Source: Eubacteriales bacterium
Lineage (GTDB): Bacteria; Bacillota; Clostridia; Oscillospirales; CAG-272
Length of the DNA stretch: 64,000 nt
Assembly: GCA_045577175.1 (NCBI GenBank)
Contig: JAZNHT010000022.1
Span: 481-64,480, forward strand
Direction: 5' to 3'
Below, one piece after another: positions 37,020-47,211 of the stretch. Both the position numbers and the translations under genes were made by a program. The stretch's first letter is position 1. Each line of letters starts with the position of its first letter. A model generated the notes under the pieces. It did not search any database. It saw nothing but the letters and a program-made list of their open reading frames with translations, and was not told the origin of the DNA.

Positions 37020-38480
37020 TCAGATTTCAAGAAGTGCCAGCACTTCCGAGGAAACGTTGACGGCGTGCTTCTCCGTAAGAGCGGCTACGTCTTCATCGTA
37101 ACGCGCCTCTTTCAGAGCACTGTCCGCCTCTGCGTGCCATGCAGGCATACCGAAGCCATCCATATACATGATGTGGTATCCGTACTGCGTTTTGACGATC
37201 GCAGTATCGCCGACTGCTCTGCCCTCAGCAAAGATCCAGTCGTTGAACTCATCGACCATATCGCCCTTGAGGACGTTCTCATACAGACCGTTCTCGGCGG
37301 AATCCTCGCTGTATTCAGCCGCGAGCGCGCCGAAGGAATCAGCCGTCTTGGCACCGCCCTGCCACTGTGCGAGCAGCTCCTCCGCCTTTGCCTTTGCGGC
37401 ATCGTCGGAGCCGTAGGTGGTAGCGGTCAGAAGAATGTGGCGAACGTTTACGGAGTTATCCTCCTGAAGAGCAGGCTTTGCGAGCAGGAAATAAACATCC
37501 AGCGCGGTACCCTCCTCGTTCAGGGAAGCGTACACGGAATTGACAGTACCCTCACCGTTTGCCCACTTGGAGAAATTCGTTTCGGTAGCGGGATACAGCT
37601 CGTTCTCGGCAACGAAGCCGGCGATCTCTTCGTTGATCGTCTCGTCCGTTGTCTCCTCGTCATCCTTATACGCGTAATTTCTCAGATAATCGAAGCAAAC
37701 GGCGTCAAACTCTTCCTTGGTTGTAACGGCGTTGAACTGCGTCTCGAACTCCTTCAGAATCTCCGTCGTAATATCGGTATCCGTTGCACCGTCGGATGTC
37801 GTAAGCGTGATATTGGCATACGAATAGTGAAGCAGTGCGGTCGGATTTTCCGTAATGTACGTGTCATAATCCGCCTCGCCGTAGGAATACTCGGAAACAA
37901 TCGCCTGCTGGCACTTCGTTGCCAGTGCCTCCATCTCCAGTGCTTTACGAATATCCTTCGCCTTCACACCGTAGCCGTAAATCATGCTGAGGGAGCTTCC
38001 GCTCGCTTTTGCCTCTTTTTTCATTTGCTTGACGGTATCGTTAATCGTGTCGTAATCCGCATCATCGAGCGTAATGCCGCGATCCTGTGCTTCCTCACAG
38101 AACACAAGCATTGACTGCACCTGACCGGTTGCCGCGTCCATAAAGTACGAATACCAGGAGCTGTTATCCGACGTGAACGGGCAGACCTGCGATTTCAGAG
38201 ATTTGCTCGTATCCAGCCCGAGGGAGGATGCGTAGCTGCCGTAGTAGGACATGAAGCTCTGATACTGCGAGTAGAAGTAGTAGGACATAACCATGTTGTC
38301 CACCTGATAATTTTCGCTTTCGACAGAGATCGCTCTGCGCTGGAAGAATCCGTCTTTAACAAATTCGTTGTAGAGTGCCGCACCCAAAATGACCGCAACT
38401 GCCAATCCGATGCAGACACCCGAGAGGAAGCGTTTGAGAGCACTGCCCTTCTGTTTGGTTTGTACCTGTTTTTTACCCAT
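37020..38480 (-). CDS. Membrane-anchored parvulin-type peptidyl-prolyl isomerase (PrsA-like)
   Basis: N-terminal TM; VNVRHILL, FGALAAEYSED and KTQYGYHIM. Confidence 0.85.
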   Translation of the reverse strand: MGKKQVQTKQKGSALKRFLSGVCIGLAVAVILGAALYNEFVKDGFFQRRAISVESENYQVDNMVMSYYFYSQYQSFMSYYGSYASSLGLDTSKSLKSQVCPFTSDNSSWYSYFMDAATGQVQSMLVFCEEAQDRGITLDDADYDTINDTVKQMKKEAKASGSSLSMIYGYGVKAKDIRKALEMEALATKCQQAIVSEYSYGEADYDTYITENPTALLHYSYANITLTTSDGATDTDITTEILKEFETQFNAVTTKEEFDAVCFDYLRNYAYKDDEETTDETINEEIAGFVAENELYPATETNFSKWANGEGTVNSVYASLNEEGTALDVYFLLAKPALQEDNSVNVRHILLTATTYGSDDAAKAKAEELLAQWQGGAKTADSFGALAAEYSEDSAENGLYENVLKGDMVDEFNDWIFAEGRAVGDTAIVKTQYGYHIMYMDGFGMPAWHAEADSALKEARYDEDVAALTEKHAVNVSSEVLALLEI

Positions 38481-38737
38481 TGTATAAACTGCCTTTCTTT
38501 TATATTGAAAAGTTGTGTTGAAAAGCACGCATAGAACCATGCCTTTCCAGTATCCTGTCTATTATACCATACCTTTTTGCAAAAATCCATACAAAAATGA
38601 AAATTTCACAGAATCATCAAAGAAATTTCCGCAAAAATGCACATATCGGACGCACGTATTTACAAATACCTCTTTTTTTACGCTCGGATTTATGATATAA
38701 TGAAAGATAACGACAGAAAAAACACAGGAGATCCTAT

Positions 38738-39805
38738 ATGAAAGAAAAGAAAAACACCGCCTGCCCGAACGGACGGCTCGGTCGCGTCGGCGGTCAGTCC
38801 GTGCTTGAGGGCATCATGATGAAATGCGGTGACCGCATGGCTCTCGCTGTACGGGAGGAAAGCGGAAACATCAAGGTGGAAACGGACACGCACGTCTCCA
38901 TCCGCAAAAAGTACAAGATTCTCTCCATTCCGATCGTGCGCGGCGTCGCTAATTTCGTCGAATCGATGGTCGTCAGCTACAAAACGCTGATGCGCTCCGC
39001 GTACATGCTCGGTATCGACGACACGGAGGAGGATTCCAAATTTGAAGCGTGGCTGCGCGCAAAGCTCGGCGACAAATTTCTCGAAATCCTCACCGGCATC
39101 TCCATGGTGATCGGCGTATTTCTTGCGATGGCACTGTTTCTGTACCTGCCTGCCATCGCCACGACGGGAATTGAAAAGCTCTGTCGGCACATAGGCTTGC
39201 TTGAAAGCCTCGGCTGGTTCCGCAATCTGATTGAGGGACTTCTGAAAATCGGCATTTTCGTCGCGTACATCTCGCTCTGTTCTTTAATGAAGGAAATGCG
39301 CCGCACGTTTGAATATCACGGTGCGGAGCACAAGACCATCGCCTGCTACGAAGCAGGCATGGAGCTGACGCCCGAAAACGCGATGACGTGCACTCGCTTC
39401 CATCCGCGCTGCGGCACGAGCTTTATTTTCGTAATCCTCATTCTCTCTATCCTCATAAACTCGCTCGTTCCGTGGAGCAACCTCGCCTTCCGCGCGCTTT
39501 ACAAGCTGCTTCTGCTCCCTGTCGTCGTCGGTGTCGGATTTGAATTTATCGCCTACGCAGGCAAGCACACAAATTTCTTTACAAAGATTCTCTCCGCCCC
39601 CGGTTTGTGGATGCAGCGCATCACCACCCGTGAGCCGGACGAGGCACAGCTGGAGGTAGCGATCCTCGCCCTCAAGCACGCAATGCCCGACGAATTTCCC
39701 GAAATCGCGCCGGAGGCGGCCGAAACGGAAACCACACCCGAAACAACTGAAACGAACGAAACGACTGAAACGAACGAAACAAATAATGACGCTGCGAACG
39801 ATTGA
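38738..39805 (+). CDS. DUF1385 membrane protein
   Basis: VGGQSVLEGIMM, YHGAEHKTI, HPRCGTSF and PGLWMQRITTREP. Confidence 0.92.
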   Translation: MKEKKNTACPNGRLGRVGGQSVLEGIMMKCGDRMALAVREESGNIKVETDTHVSIRKKYKILSIPIVRGVANFVESMVVSYKTLMRSAYMLGIDDTEEDSKFEAWLRAKLGDKFLEILTGISMVIGVFLAMALFLYLPAIATTGIEKLCRHIGLLESLGWFRNLIEGLLKIGIFVAYISLCSLMKEMRRTFEYHGAEHKTIACYEAGMELTPENAMTCTRFHPRCGTSFIFVILILSILINSLVPWSNLAFRALYKLLLLPVVVGVGFEFIAYAGKHTNFFTKILSAPGLWMQRITTREPDEAQLEVAILALKHAMPDEFPEIAPEAAETETTPETTETNETTETNETNNDAAND

Positions 39806-40622
39806 ATCCGCGTTGGTCGCGGTGGGAATCCCGACCGAGGATGCCGCATACGAAGCGCGTCTGCTCGCCTCCCATTTCACGGGAATCTCCCAAGCCATGC
39901 TGCTCACGATGCGAAATGAGGAAATCGAAGCCCCTGCCCTCGCCGAAGCCGTCAAAAGACGCTGTCGGCGTGAGCCTTTGCAGTACATTCTCGGCACGTG
40001 GGAGTTCATGGGACTGCCGTTTACCGTCTCGCCCGATTGCCTGATCCCCCGTCCCGACACGGAAACCCTCGTCGAGGCGGCGCTTTCACACCTGCCCGAG
40101 GGCGCACGCGTGGCGGATCTTTGCACGGGCAGCGGCTGTATCGGCATCTCTCTGGCGAAATTCCGCCCGGACATCACCGTCACGGCGGTGGAGCTTTTTG
40201 AAAACACGGCGCAGATGGCGGAGCGAAACGCGCGCGATCTCGGTGTGGCGGAGAGATTCACCGTCCTCCGCGGCGACGTAACGAAAAAAATCTTCCCCGA
40301 CGGCACGTTTTTTGATATTATTGTCTCCAATCCGCCGTATATTGCATCTACTGAAATGGAGGCACTCGCGCCCGAAATCGCTTTTGAGCCGCGCGCGGCA
40401 CTGACGGACGGGCAGGACGGACTCACCGTCATCCGCGGCGTTCTCCGCACCGCCGCCGAGACGCTCACCCCCGACGGCGCGCTGTTTATGGAGTTCGGCG
40501 CGTATCAGGGCGCAAGCGTTCTCGCCCTCGCCGAAAGCATACACTTCTCCGGCACGATTCTCACCGACGCAGGCGGTCACGATCGCGTTCTCGCGGCACA
40601 CCGCACCCCGTCGGCAATCTGA
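39786..40622 (+). CDS. prmC: Release factor glutamine methyltransferase
   Basis: EPLQYILG, LIPRPDTE, DLCTGSGCI and VSNPPYI. Confidence 0.95.
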   Translation: MTLRTIESALVAVGIPTEDAAYEARLLASHFTGISQAMLLTMRNEEIEAPALAEAVKRRCRREPLQYILGTWEFMGLPFTVSPDCLIPRPDTETLVEAALSHLPEGARVADLCTGSGCIGISLAKFRPDITVTAVELFENTAQMAERNARDLGVAERFTVLRGDVTKKIFPDGTFFDIIVSNPPYIASTEMEALAPEIAFEPRAALTDGQDGLTVIRGVLRTAAETLTPDGALFMEFGAYQGASVLALAESIHFSGTILTDAGGHDRVLAAHRTPSAI

Positions 40623-40639
40623 CAAAACGAGGCTATCTT

Positions 40640-41695
40640 ATGAACAAGATCAAGCTCTGCGTCCTGTTTGGCGGACGCTCCTCGGAGTACGAGGTTTCCC
40701 TCGCCTCCGCCTACTGCGTTCTGACGAACGCCTCCCCCGCACGGTACGAGATTCTGCCCGTCGGCATCACGAAGGAAGGCGGCTGGTACCTCTACACGGG
40801 AGATTTTGAAAAAATCCGTGACGGATCGTGGTGCGAGAACACCGATACGCTTCCGCGTGTCACGGTCGATCTGACATCGGGCGCGCACGCACTGCTCATC
40901 TGTCCGCCGGACGGCACGCCGACGGCAGAGGCAATCGACGTCGTATTTCCCGTGCTCCACGGAGCATACGGCGAGGACGGCACCGTGCAGGGTATGCTCG
41001 CTCTTGCCGGGATTCCGTTTGTAGGCTGCGGCTGTGCCTCCTCCTCCGTCTGCATGGATAAATCGCTCACGAAGCTGTCTGTCGCGGAAACAGGCATCCG
41101 ACAGGCGAACTACGTGCTCGTGCGCGAGGGGGACACCGAGGACGACTGCATCCGCGAGGCGGAGACGGGACTGCACTATCCGATGTTTGTAAAGCCGGCA
41201 CGGGCAGGATCGTCCGTCGGCATCTCGAAAGCGAAAAACCGAAGCGAGCTGAAGCGCGCCCTCGCCGTCGCCTTCCGCGAGGACGAAAAGGTGCTGATTG
41301 AAAACACCGTCGTCGGCAGAGAGATCGAAGTCGCCGTTTTGGAGGAGCACGGAGCATACACCGTTTCGGACTGCGCCGAGATCGACGCCGGTGCGGAATT
41401 TTACGACTACGATGCGAAATATGTGAGCGACACCTCGACGTTCTACATCCCCGCCCGTCTGGGTGAGAAAACGAGAGAGACGGTACGTCTTTGTGCGGAA
41501 AGGATTTTCAAAGCCCTGGACTGCCGCACGCTTGCCCGTGTGGATTTCTTCGTGGAGGAGGACGGCACGGTCGTGTTCAACGAAATCAACACGATCCCCG
41601 GCTTCACCGAAATCAGCATGTATCCGAAGCTGATGATGGCTGAGGGCATGACATATCCCGAGCTGATCGATCGGCTGATCGCATCCGCGCTCTGA
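40640..41695 (+). CDS. ddl: D-alanine--D-alanine ligase
   Basis: FGGRSSEYEVS, LHGAYGEDG, KPARAGSSVG and NEINTIPGFT. Confidence 0.95.
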   Translation: MNKIKLCVLFGGRSSEYEVSLASAYCVLTNASPARYEILPVGITKEGGWYLYTGDFEKIRDGSWCENTDTLPRVTVDLTSGAHALLICPPDGTPTAEAIDVVFPVLHGAYGEDGTVQGMLALAGIPFVGCGCASSSVCMDKSLTKLSVAETGIRQANYVLVREGDTEDDCIREAETGLHYPMFVKPARAGSSVGISKAKNRSELKRALAVAFREDEKVLIENTVVGREIEVAVLEEHGAYTVSDCAEIDAGAEFYDYDAKYVSDTSTFYIPARLGEKTRETVRLCAERIFKALDCRTLARVDFFVEEDGTVVFNEINTIPGFTEISMYPKLMMAEGMTYPELIDRLIASAL

Positions 41696-41825
41696 GCCGT
41701 CTGCATAGATTTTCTCTCCGAATGCATAAAACACGTCCGCATACAAGCACGGGCGTGTTTTTTCTTCCGCACCTGCCGATATGCACGTTATCGGCAGGTG
41801 TCTTTCGTTTATTCGTAAACTATTT

Positions 41826-41989
41826 TTGTGCACAATACACAAAACAGCATTTTTTCGCCTTCTTCCGCCTCCCCGAAAGAAATCCGCGCCGAGTTTTCCA
41901 CAGCTTGTGGGAAACCCTGTGGAAAGCTGAATGTTTTCAAGGGAAATCCCGAGTTTTCCACAGGGAAAACGCAAAAAAACTGTTGAAAA
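41826..41989. promoter_or_regulatory. DnaA-box cluster in a convergent intergenic region
   Basis: TTTTCCACA at 41894 and 41954 (match TTWTNCACA); one-mismatch boxes at 41826, 41906(-), 41918(-) and 41981(-). Confidence 0.6.
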
Positions 41990-42278
41990 CTTCACCGATT
42001 TCCTGAAATCCCCGCTGTTGGCAAGTGTCTTAAAATAGAAAATCAAGAAATTTCAAAAAACATCTTGACAAAAAAATTGGTGAAAACTTATACATTTTCG
42101 TCAAAACCCGTTTATCGCATCGGGAAATGCCGAAAACGAAAAAAGCGGCACGAATCGCACACAAACGGCCCCGGCGTGGTCAGCCATCTGCCTCATGCGA
42201 TTCGTACCTGCCATCATAGTATATGCAAAACGGGTACGGATATACACAAAGAAATCCGCACCCATTGCAAAGGATTTA

Positions 42279-43589
42279 TCAATAGAAATTGCCGTGGCGG
42301 CGTTTTTTCTCACGGAGATGCGCCCGTATCAGCACGTATGCGATACTGAACAGAACCGCAAAAACAATCGTCGCTTTGAAAAAGCGGCTCGCCGTGAACG
42401 ATTTGATTCGCTCCAGCATGAACAGAAACTCACTGCGCGTCACGGATACGGTCGCAATCAGATCGGAGCTTCCGAGAATCTCCTCCCCATACGTCACCGT
42501 CACCGTGCCGCACACCTGCCCTGCCTCCACCGGCGCCGTCAAAGATTCATCAAACGTGTTATAGCTGAGCCGTATTGCCGCAGGATCTACATCCACGGGA
42601 AGATACCGCACGATCGAAGTCGCAGGCACAAGCGTCACGTAATCCACCGTCGAGGACAGTGCCACCGAAAGCTCACATACACGCTCCGAAACGGAGAGCA
42701 CCTCCGTATATCCGTAGGAATCAAATGCCCATTCCAGCATATCTTTGGCATTTGCATAACTCCAGATTTCTTCCTCGCCGCCCTCCGCGCTCATCACGAT
42801 CGCCATATACGTCAGATCGTTTCTCCGTGCCACGGAAACAATGTTGTAACCGCTCTGCGACGTGTATCCTGCGCTCATTCCGAGCGCATCCGCGTAATAA
42901 TAGCGGGTATCGTAGTATTTAGACAATTGACTATTACGGTTGAAGATGTTGCGGTAATCCTTTTTGTTCGTCCCGTCCATCACGTATTTGGTGACGGAGG
43001 TAATCTCAATAAAACCGGGGAGCCTGTACGCATATTTGGCAATTGCCGCCGTATCGGCAAGAGTGGTCACCATGAGGTCGTTGTGCATACCGGTAACGTT
43101 CGTGTAATGCGTACTGTACGCGCCGAGCATCTGTGCCTTTTCGTTCATCATGGAAACGAATGCATCCACCGATCCGGCAACGGTTACCGCAAGCACCTGC
43201 GCGGCATCGTTCGCACCGTTGACAAGCAAAGCGTGCAGCATATCGTCCGCCGTGACAATCTCGCCGACGACAAGTCCGATGTTGTTGCCCGTCACCTTTG
43301 AGAGCATCTCCGCCGTCACGGTGATTGTCCGATCGGGCGTATCTCCGAGTGCTTCGAGCGCGAGGATACCGGTCATGAGCTTCACGGTGGAGGCAGGATA
43401 GAGCTTGCCTGTTTCATTGTATGTATACAGCACCGCGTCGTTCTCGAAATTGTACAGATACGCCGCCGCGGCGTGTCGGATCTCCGGCGGCTCGACGGCG
43501 GACACGGGAGGGGCGCACACAATAAGCGGCAAAAGAAGCGTGAGCACCGTCAGAAGCACGGCGAGCGCACGCACGGTCTTTTTTTTCAA
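42279..43589 (-). CDS. D-alanyl-D-alanine carboxypeptidase (peptidase S11)
   Basis: PASTVKLMT (SxxK), GANDAA and NVTGMH; signal peptide and C-terminal TM. Confidence 0.88.
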   Translation of the reverse strand: MKKKTVRALAVLLTVLTLLLPLIVCAPPVSAVEPPEIRHAAAAYLYNFENDAVLYTYNETGKLYPASTVKLMTGILALEALGDTPDRTITVTAEMLSKVTGNNIGLVVGEIVTADDMLHALLVNGANDAAQVLAVTVAGSVDAFVSMMNEKAQMLGAYSTHYTNVTGMHNDLMVTTLADTAAIAKYAYRLPGFIEITSVTKYVMDGTNKKDYRNIFNRNSQLSKYYDTRYYYADALGMSAGYTSQSGYNIVSVARRNDLTYMAIVMSAEGGEEEIWSYANAKDMLEWAFDSYGYTEVLSVSERVCELSVALSSTVDYVTLVPATSIVRYLPVDVDPAAIRLSYNTFDESLTAPVEAGQVCGTVTVTYGEEILGSSDLIATVSVTRSEFLFMLERIKSFTASRFFKATIVFAVLFSIAYVLIRAHLREKKRRHGNFY

Positions 43590-44536
43590 AGCTCCTCCTC
43601 CTTCCGGATTGGATGTGCGGCAAAATACGTCCGCGTGTCAAGGACATCCTGCTCGATCGCCTCTTTCAAAGCCGCGACAGACGAAAACCTTTTCTCCTCG
43701 CGCAGTCTGCGGCAAAATTCGACACGGACGGTACACCCGTACAGATCGCCGTCAAAACCGAGGATGTGCGTCTCACAGTTGACGGTCTCCCCGTCGGATA
43801 CGGTCGGGCGTGTGCCGACATTGCAGACGGCTTCGTACCGCCGAGTGTCCACCGTGCAGATACAGGCATAGATCCCCCGTTCGGGAACGATATGCCCGTC
43901 GGGAAAATTCTGATTGACGGTCGGCAGACCGATCGTGTGCCCGATACGGTTCCCGTGCAGAACGGGCAGGCACACGGAAAACGGACGCCCGAGCAAAGCC
44001 GCCGCCGTCTCCATATCTCCCGACTCCACCGCCCGACGGATTCGCGTAGACGAGATCGGATCCCCGTCCGCCAAAACAGACGGCACGACGGAAAGCGGCA
44101 CCCCCTCTTTTGAGAGAAGCTCGGCGAGAAGCGATACGTCTCCCGCCCTGCCCTTCCCGAAGCGGAAATCCTCTCCGCACACGACTGCGGCACAGCGGAG
44201 TGTACGCACAAGATATTCCCGAACAAACACCTCGGGCGAAAGATCGCGCACGCGCGCAAAATCCTCCAGCACGGCGGCACGGATTCCCGCCTCGGCAAAC
44301 AGGCGCATCTTCTCCTCTGCGGTCGTCAGGACAGGCACCGAAGCCTCCGCTTTTGCAAGCGCGGTAAACGTCCACACCGCAGGGATACCGTCGGGAAGCT
44401 GTGCCGCAAGCGCACACGCCTCCGAAAGCAATCGCCGATGCCCAAGATGAACGCCGTCAAAATTGCCCAGCGCGACGGCAAGCGGACGGTCGGGCAGTGC
44501 GCCCACCGTCATTTCGGGCAGTATATAACTCGTCAT
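43586..44536 (-). CDS. ribF: Bifunctional riboflavin kinase/FAD synthetase
   Basis: LGNFDGVHLGH, DFRFG, ISSTRIR, GLPTVN, NVGTRPT and ETHILGF. Confidence 0.95.
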   Translation of the reverse strand: MTSYILPEMTVGALPDRPLAVALGNFDGVHLGHRRLLSEACALAAQLPDGIPAVWTFTALAKAEASVPVLTTAEEKMRLFAEAGIRAAVLEDFARVRDLSPEVFVREYLVRTLRCAAVVCGEDFRFGKGRAGDVSLLAELLSKEGVPLSVVPSVLADGDPISSTRIRRAVESGDMETAAALLGRPFSVCLPVLHGNRIGHTIGLPTVNQNFPDGHIVPERGIYACICTVDTRRYEAVCNVGTRPTVSDGETVNCETHILGFDGDLYGCTVRVEFCRRLREEKRFSSVAALKEAIEQDVLDTRTYFAAHPIRKEEEL

Positions 44537-44560
44537 ACTATCGCTTCAATCAAAGCCTCG

Positions 44561-44863
44561 TTAATCGACGAAATTAAACTCATCCTTGAATTTTTCCTTA
44601 AAAATAGCAAAAACAGCGTTCAGCACGTCTTCGTCCGTGACGCCGACGTAGGCTTCCTCATCCTCGTTCTCCGTCTCCTCCACCTTCAAAATGACAACCT
44701 CGCCGTCTCCGTCATCCTCCTCGGGGAGCAGAACGACATATTCGAAGCCCTCGTATTCGATCAGATCGACAAACTCAAAAACGGTCTCATTGCCGTTTTC
44801 ATCCGTCAAGGTGATTCTGTTATCCAGATTCTCAAACTCGTTCATGTTGTTTACGTTATCCAT
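44561..44863 (-). CDS. DUF1292 acidic protein
   Basis: ITLTDENGNETVFEFVDLIEYEGFEYVVLLP; near ireB. Confidence 0.88.
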   Translation of the reverse strand: MDNVNNMNEFENLDNRITLTDENGNETVFEFVDLIEYEGFEYVVLLPEEDDGDGEVVILKVEETENEDEEAYVGVTDEDVLNAVFAIFKEKFKDEFNFVD

Positions 44864-44897
44864 TGTTTTATTCTCCTTAAAATGTATTATACGGTGC

Positions 44898-45860
44898 TCA
44901 CAGCACCTTGATCGCAAACAGAGGGCACACGCGGGAGCAGTAGCCGCAGAGCACGCATTTTTCGCCCGAAACGACGGCATGTCCGTCCGTGACGGTGAGT
45001 GCTCCCTGCGCACAGCGGCGCACACACGCACCGCACCCCTCGCAGTAATCCTCAATATGGAGACGCCGCGTTTTGTTTCGCAAAGCATCCGCCGCCGCAT
45101 GAGGAAACGTGCGGCTGTCAAAATACGAAATATTCGCGTCAATCTCCGCCTCGGACTGCATCCCGACCGCAACCGCGTCAATATACGGCTGATCGAGCGC
45201 AAAATCAAACGCCGCCGCGGCATCGCGGAACAGATGTCCGCCGCCGAGCACCTTCATGGCAAACGTACCGATTCCGAGCGCGTGCGCGTCGGCGACGGCT
45301 GATTGCATTTCCGCAATCGTTCCGTCGGCGATACCGTAGCCGCCGCGGTTGAAAATCGGATGGATCACGTCCAAGGGGATACCGCGCCTGTAAAGCTCAA
45401 TCACGCCGCGCACGGCGGCGACGTGGTGCATGGACGCACCGACCGCACGGATAATCCCGCGCGATTTGCACTCAAACAGGTACTCCAAAGCCTCGCGGTG
45501 TCCGCGCAGAGTTTCATAGCTTTCCTGCTCGTGGAGCATGAAAATATCGATCACGTCCCGGTCAAGCTCCCTGCGCGCTTCATCCACAGCCGCCGCCGCC
45601 ATCTCCCTCGTATACGCATACGTTTTCGTGGAAACGACAATATCATCCCCTCCGTACAGCTTGAGCGCACGGCGGATAAGCGGATAGTTTTCGTAATACT
45701 GCGCGGTGTCCGTAAAACGGATGCCGCGGGAGAATGCGTAAGCAAGGACCTCCGCCGCCCTCTCGGGAGGCAGATTCGCCTGCACGGGGCTGACCGTGAG
45801 CGAGCCGATGCAGAGACGGGAAACCGTCAGCCCCGTTCCGCCCAGCGTTATGTACTCCAT
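44898..45860 (-). CDS. Aldo/keto reductase with C-terminal 4Fe-4S dicluster
   Basis: LGGTGLTVSRL, DTAQYY, MKVLGGG; CEGCGACVRRC and CVLCGYCSRVCP. Confidence 0.9.
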   Translation of the reverse strand: MEYITLGGTGLTVSRLCIGSLTVSPVQANLPPERAAEVLAYAFSRGIRFTDTAQYYENYPLIRRALKLYGGDDIVVSTKTYAYTREMAAAAVDEARRELDRDVIDIFMLHEQESYETLRGHREALEYLFECKSRGIIRAVGASMHHVAAVRGVIELYRRGIPLDVIHPIFNRGGYGIADGTIAEMQSAVADAHALGIGTFAMKVLGGGHLFRDAAAAFDFALDQPYIDAVAVGMQSEAEIDANISYFDSRTFPHAAADALRNKTRRLHIEDYCEGCGACVRRCAQGALTVTDGHAVVSGEKCVLCGYCSRVCPLFAIKVL

Positions 45861-46117
45861 CAGATGCCCAGATACGTGCGCAGCAGTGCGCTCATCAGCT
45901 CATCGCGGTCGATACGGCAGATGAGACTGCGCGCGTTTTTGTAGTTGGTGATGTAGGTCGGATCCTCGGAAAGTATGTATCCCACGATCTGGTTGATGGG
46001 GTTGTAGCCCTTTTCGTTCAGAGCTTCGTAGACAGCGGTGAGCGTCGATTGGATCTCACGGTCTTTTTCGTCGTGAATCGAAAAGGTGATCGTTTTGTTT
46101 TTGTCAAGATTCGGCAT
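45860..46117 (-). CDS. ireB: IreB/ReoM (UPF0297) regulatory phosphoprotein
   Basis: VYEALNEKGYNPINQIVGYILSEDPTYIT. Confidence 0.93.
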   Translation of the reverse strand: MPNLDKNKTITFSIHDEKDREIQSTLTAVYEALNEKGYNPINQIVGYILSEDPTYITNYKNARSLICRIDRDELMSALLRTYLGI

Positions 46118-46393
46118 ATTCGTTTCCCTTTCTCTTACAGATCAAATCCGAATTACGGATTCCCATAGTATATTATACCCGTATTTTTTGCAAAATGCAA
46201 TAGAAACGGAAGAACTGACAGAAATTTTGTTCGCAAAACAGGAGGCAAGCAGAACATTTTTGAAAAAAACCGCGCTTGCCATTGACATTATGCCCATAAA
46301 TGTGGTATAATTGTGTCAAGCATTTGGACAATACATCCATTTGTGCATATTTACACACAATTTTCGGCGGGAAGGCGGCGTTTTGTTGAAATT

Positions 46394-47155
46394 ATGAAAA
46401 AAATCATCGTCACCTCCGCCAAAGGCGGCATCGGGAAATCCACCGCCGCACTCGGCATTGCCGCAGCACTTGCCGCACGCGGTCACCGCACGCTGCTCAT
46501 CGACTGCGACATCGGCAACCGCTGTCTTGATCTGATGACGGGGCTGGAGGATCGCGTTCTGTACGACCTCGGCGATGTTGCAAGCGAGCGATGCACCGCA
46601 GAGGAGGCGCTTCTTACCCCGGATGGGCAGGAGAATCTTCGATTCTGCGCGGCACCGCTGACGGCAGACGCACCGACGGAAGCGTACACCGATGCCCTGC
46701 AAAGGCTGACGGAAGCGGCCGACGCCGAGTATATCCTCTGCGACACGGCAGGCACAGGTGCTACCGTGCAGGCGATTGCGAAATCGTTCGCCGACGGCGC
46801 ACTGGTGATCGCAACACAGCAGCCTGCGTCCATCCGTTCCGCCGAGTACACCGCGACCTTGATGCGTGAGTGGGGATCGCTTCCCTGCCTGCTCGTCATC
46901 TCGATGTTTGAAGAATACGCCGCCGCGGACGGAATCCGTGCCGGACTTCTTGAAATCATCGACAAAACGCACGTCCGCACCGTGGGCGTCATCCCGCGCG
47001 ACCGCGCACTTCTGCTCGCACAGGAGGCAGGAAAGCTGCCCGATGCGAAGGGGCGCGCCGCCCGTGCCATGAAAAATATCGCCGACCGTCTGGTAGGAGA
47101 CGATGTTCCTCTGTTCACCGAAATCAGAAGAATCAAAACAGGAAAAATTCTGTGA
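46394..47155 (+). CDS. minD: MinD-like ParA/MinD ATPase
   Basis: TSAKGGIGKST deviant Walker A; DCDIGNRCLDLMTGLEDRVLYDLGDV. Confidence 0.8.
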   Translation: MKKIIVTSAKGGIGKSTAALGIAAALAARGHRTLLIDCDIGNRCLDLMTGLEDRVLYDLGDVASERCTAEEALLTPDGQENLRFCAAPLTADAPTEAYTDALQRLTEAADAEYILCDTAGTGATVQAIAKSFADGALVIATQQPASIRSAEYTATLMREWGSLPCLLVISMFEEYAAADGIRAGLLEIIDKTHVRTVGVIPRDRALLLAQEAGKLPDAKGRAARAMKNIADRLVGDDVPLFTEIRRIKTGKIL

Positions 47156-47211
47156 CAGAAGTCACATGCCGCATATCCGCCCAATGAGAAAGAACAGGAG
47201 CCACCGAAACT

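Noticed and set aside
39725-39785. ETTETN repeats at the DUF1385 C-terminus
   Set aside because: Short low-complexity coding tail with no sign of function beyond slippage.
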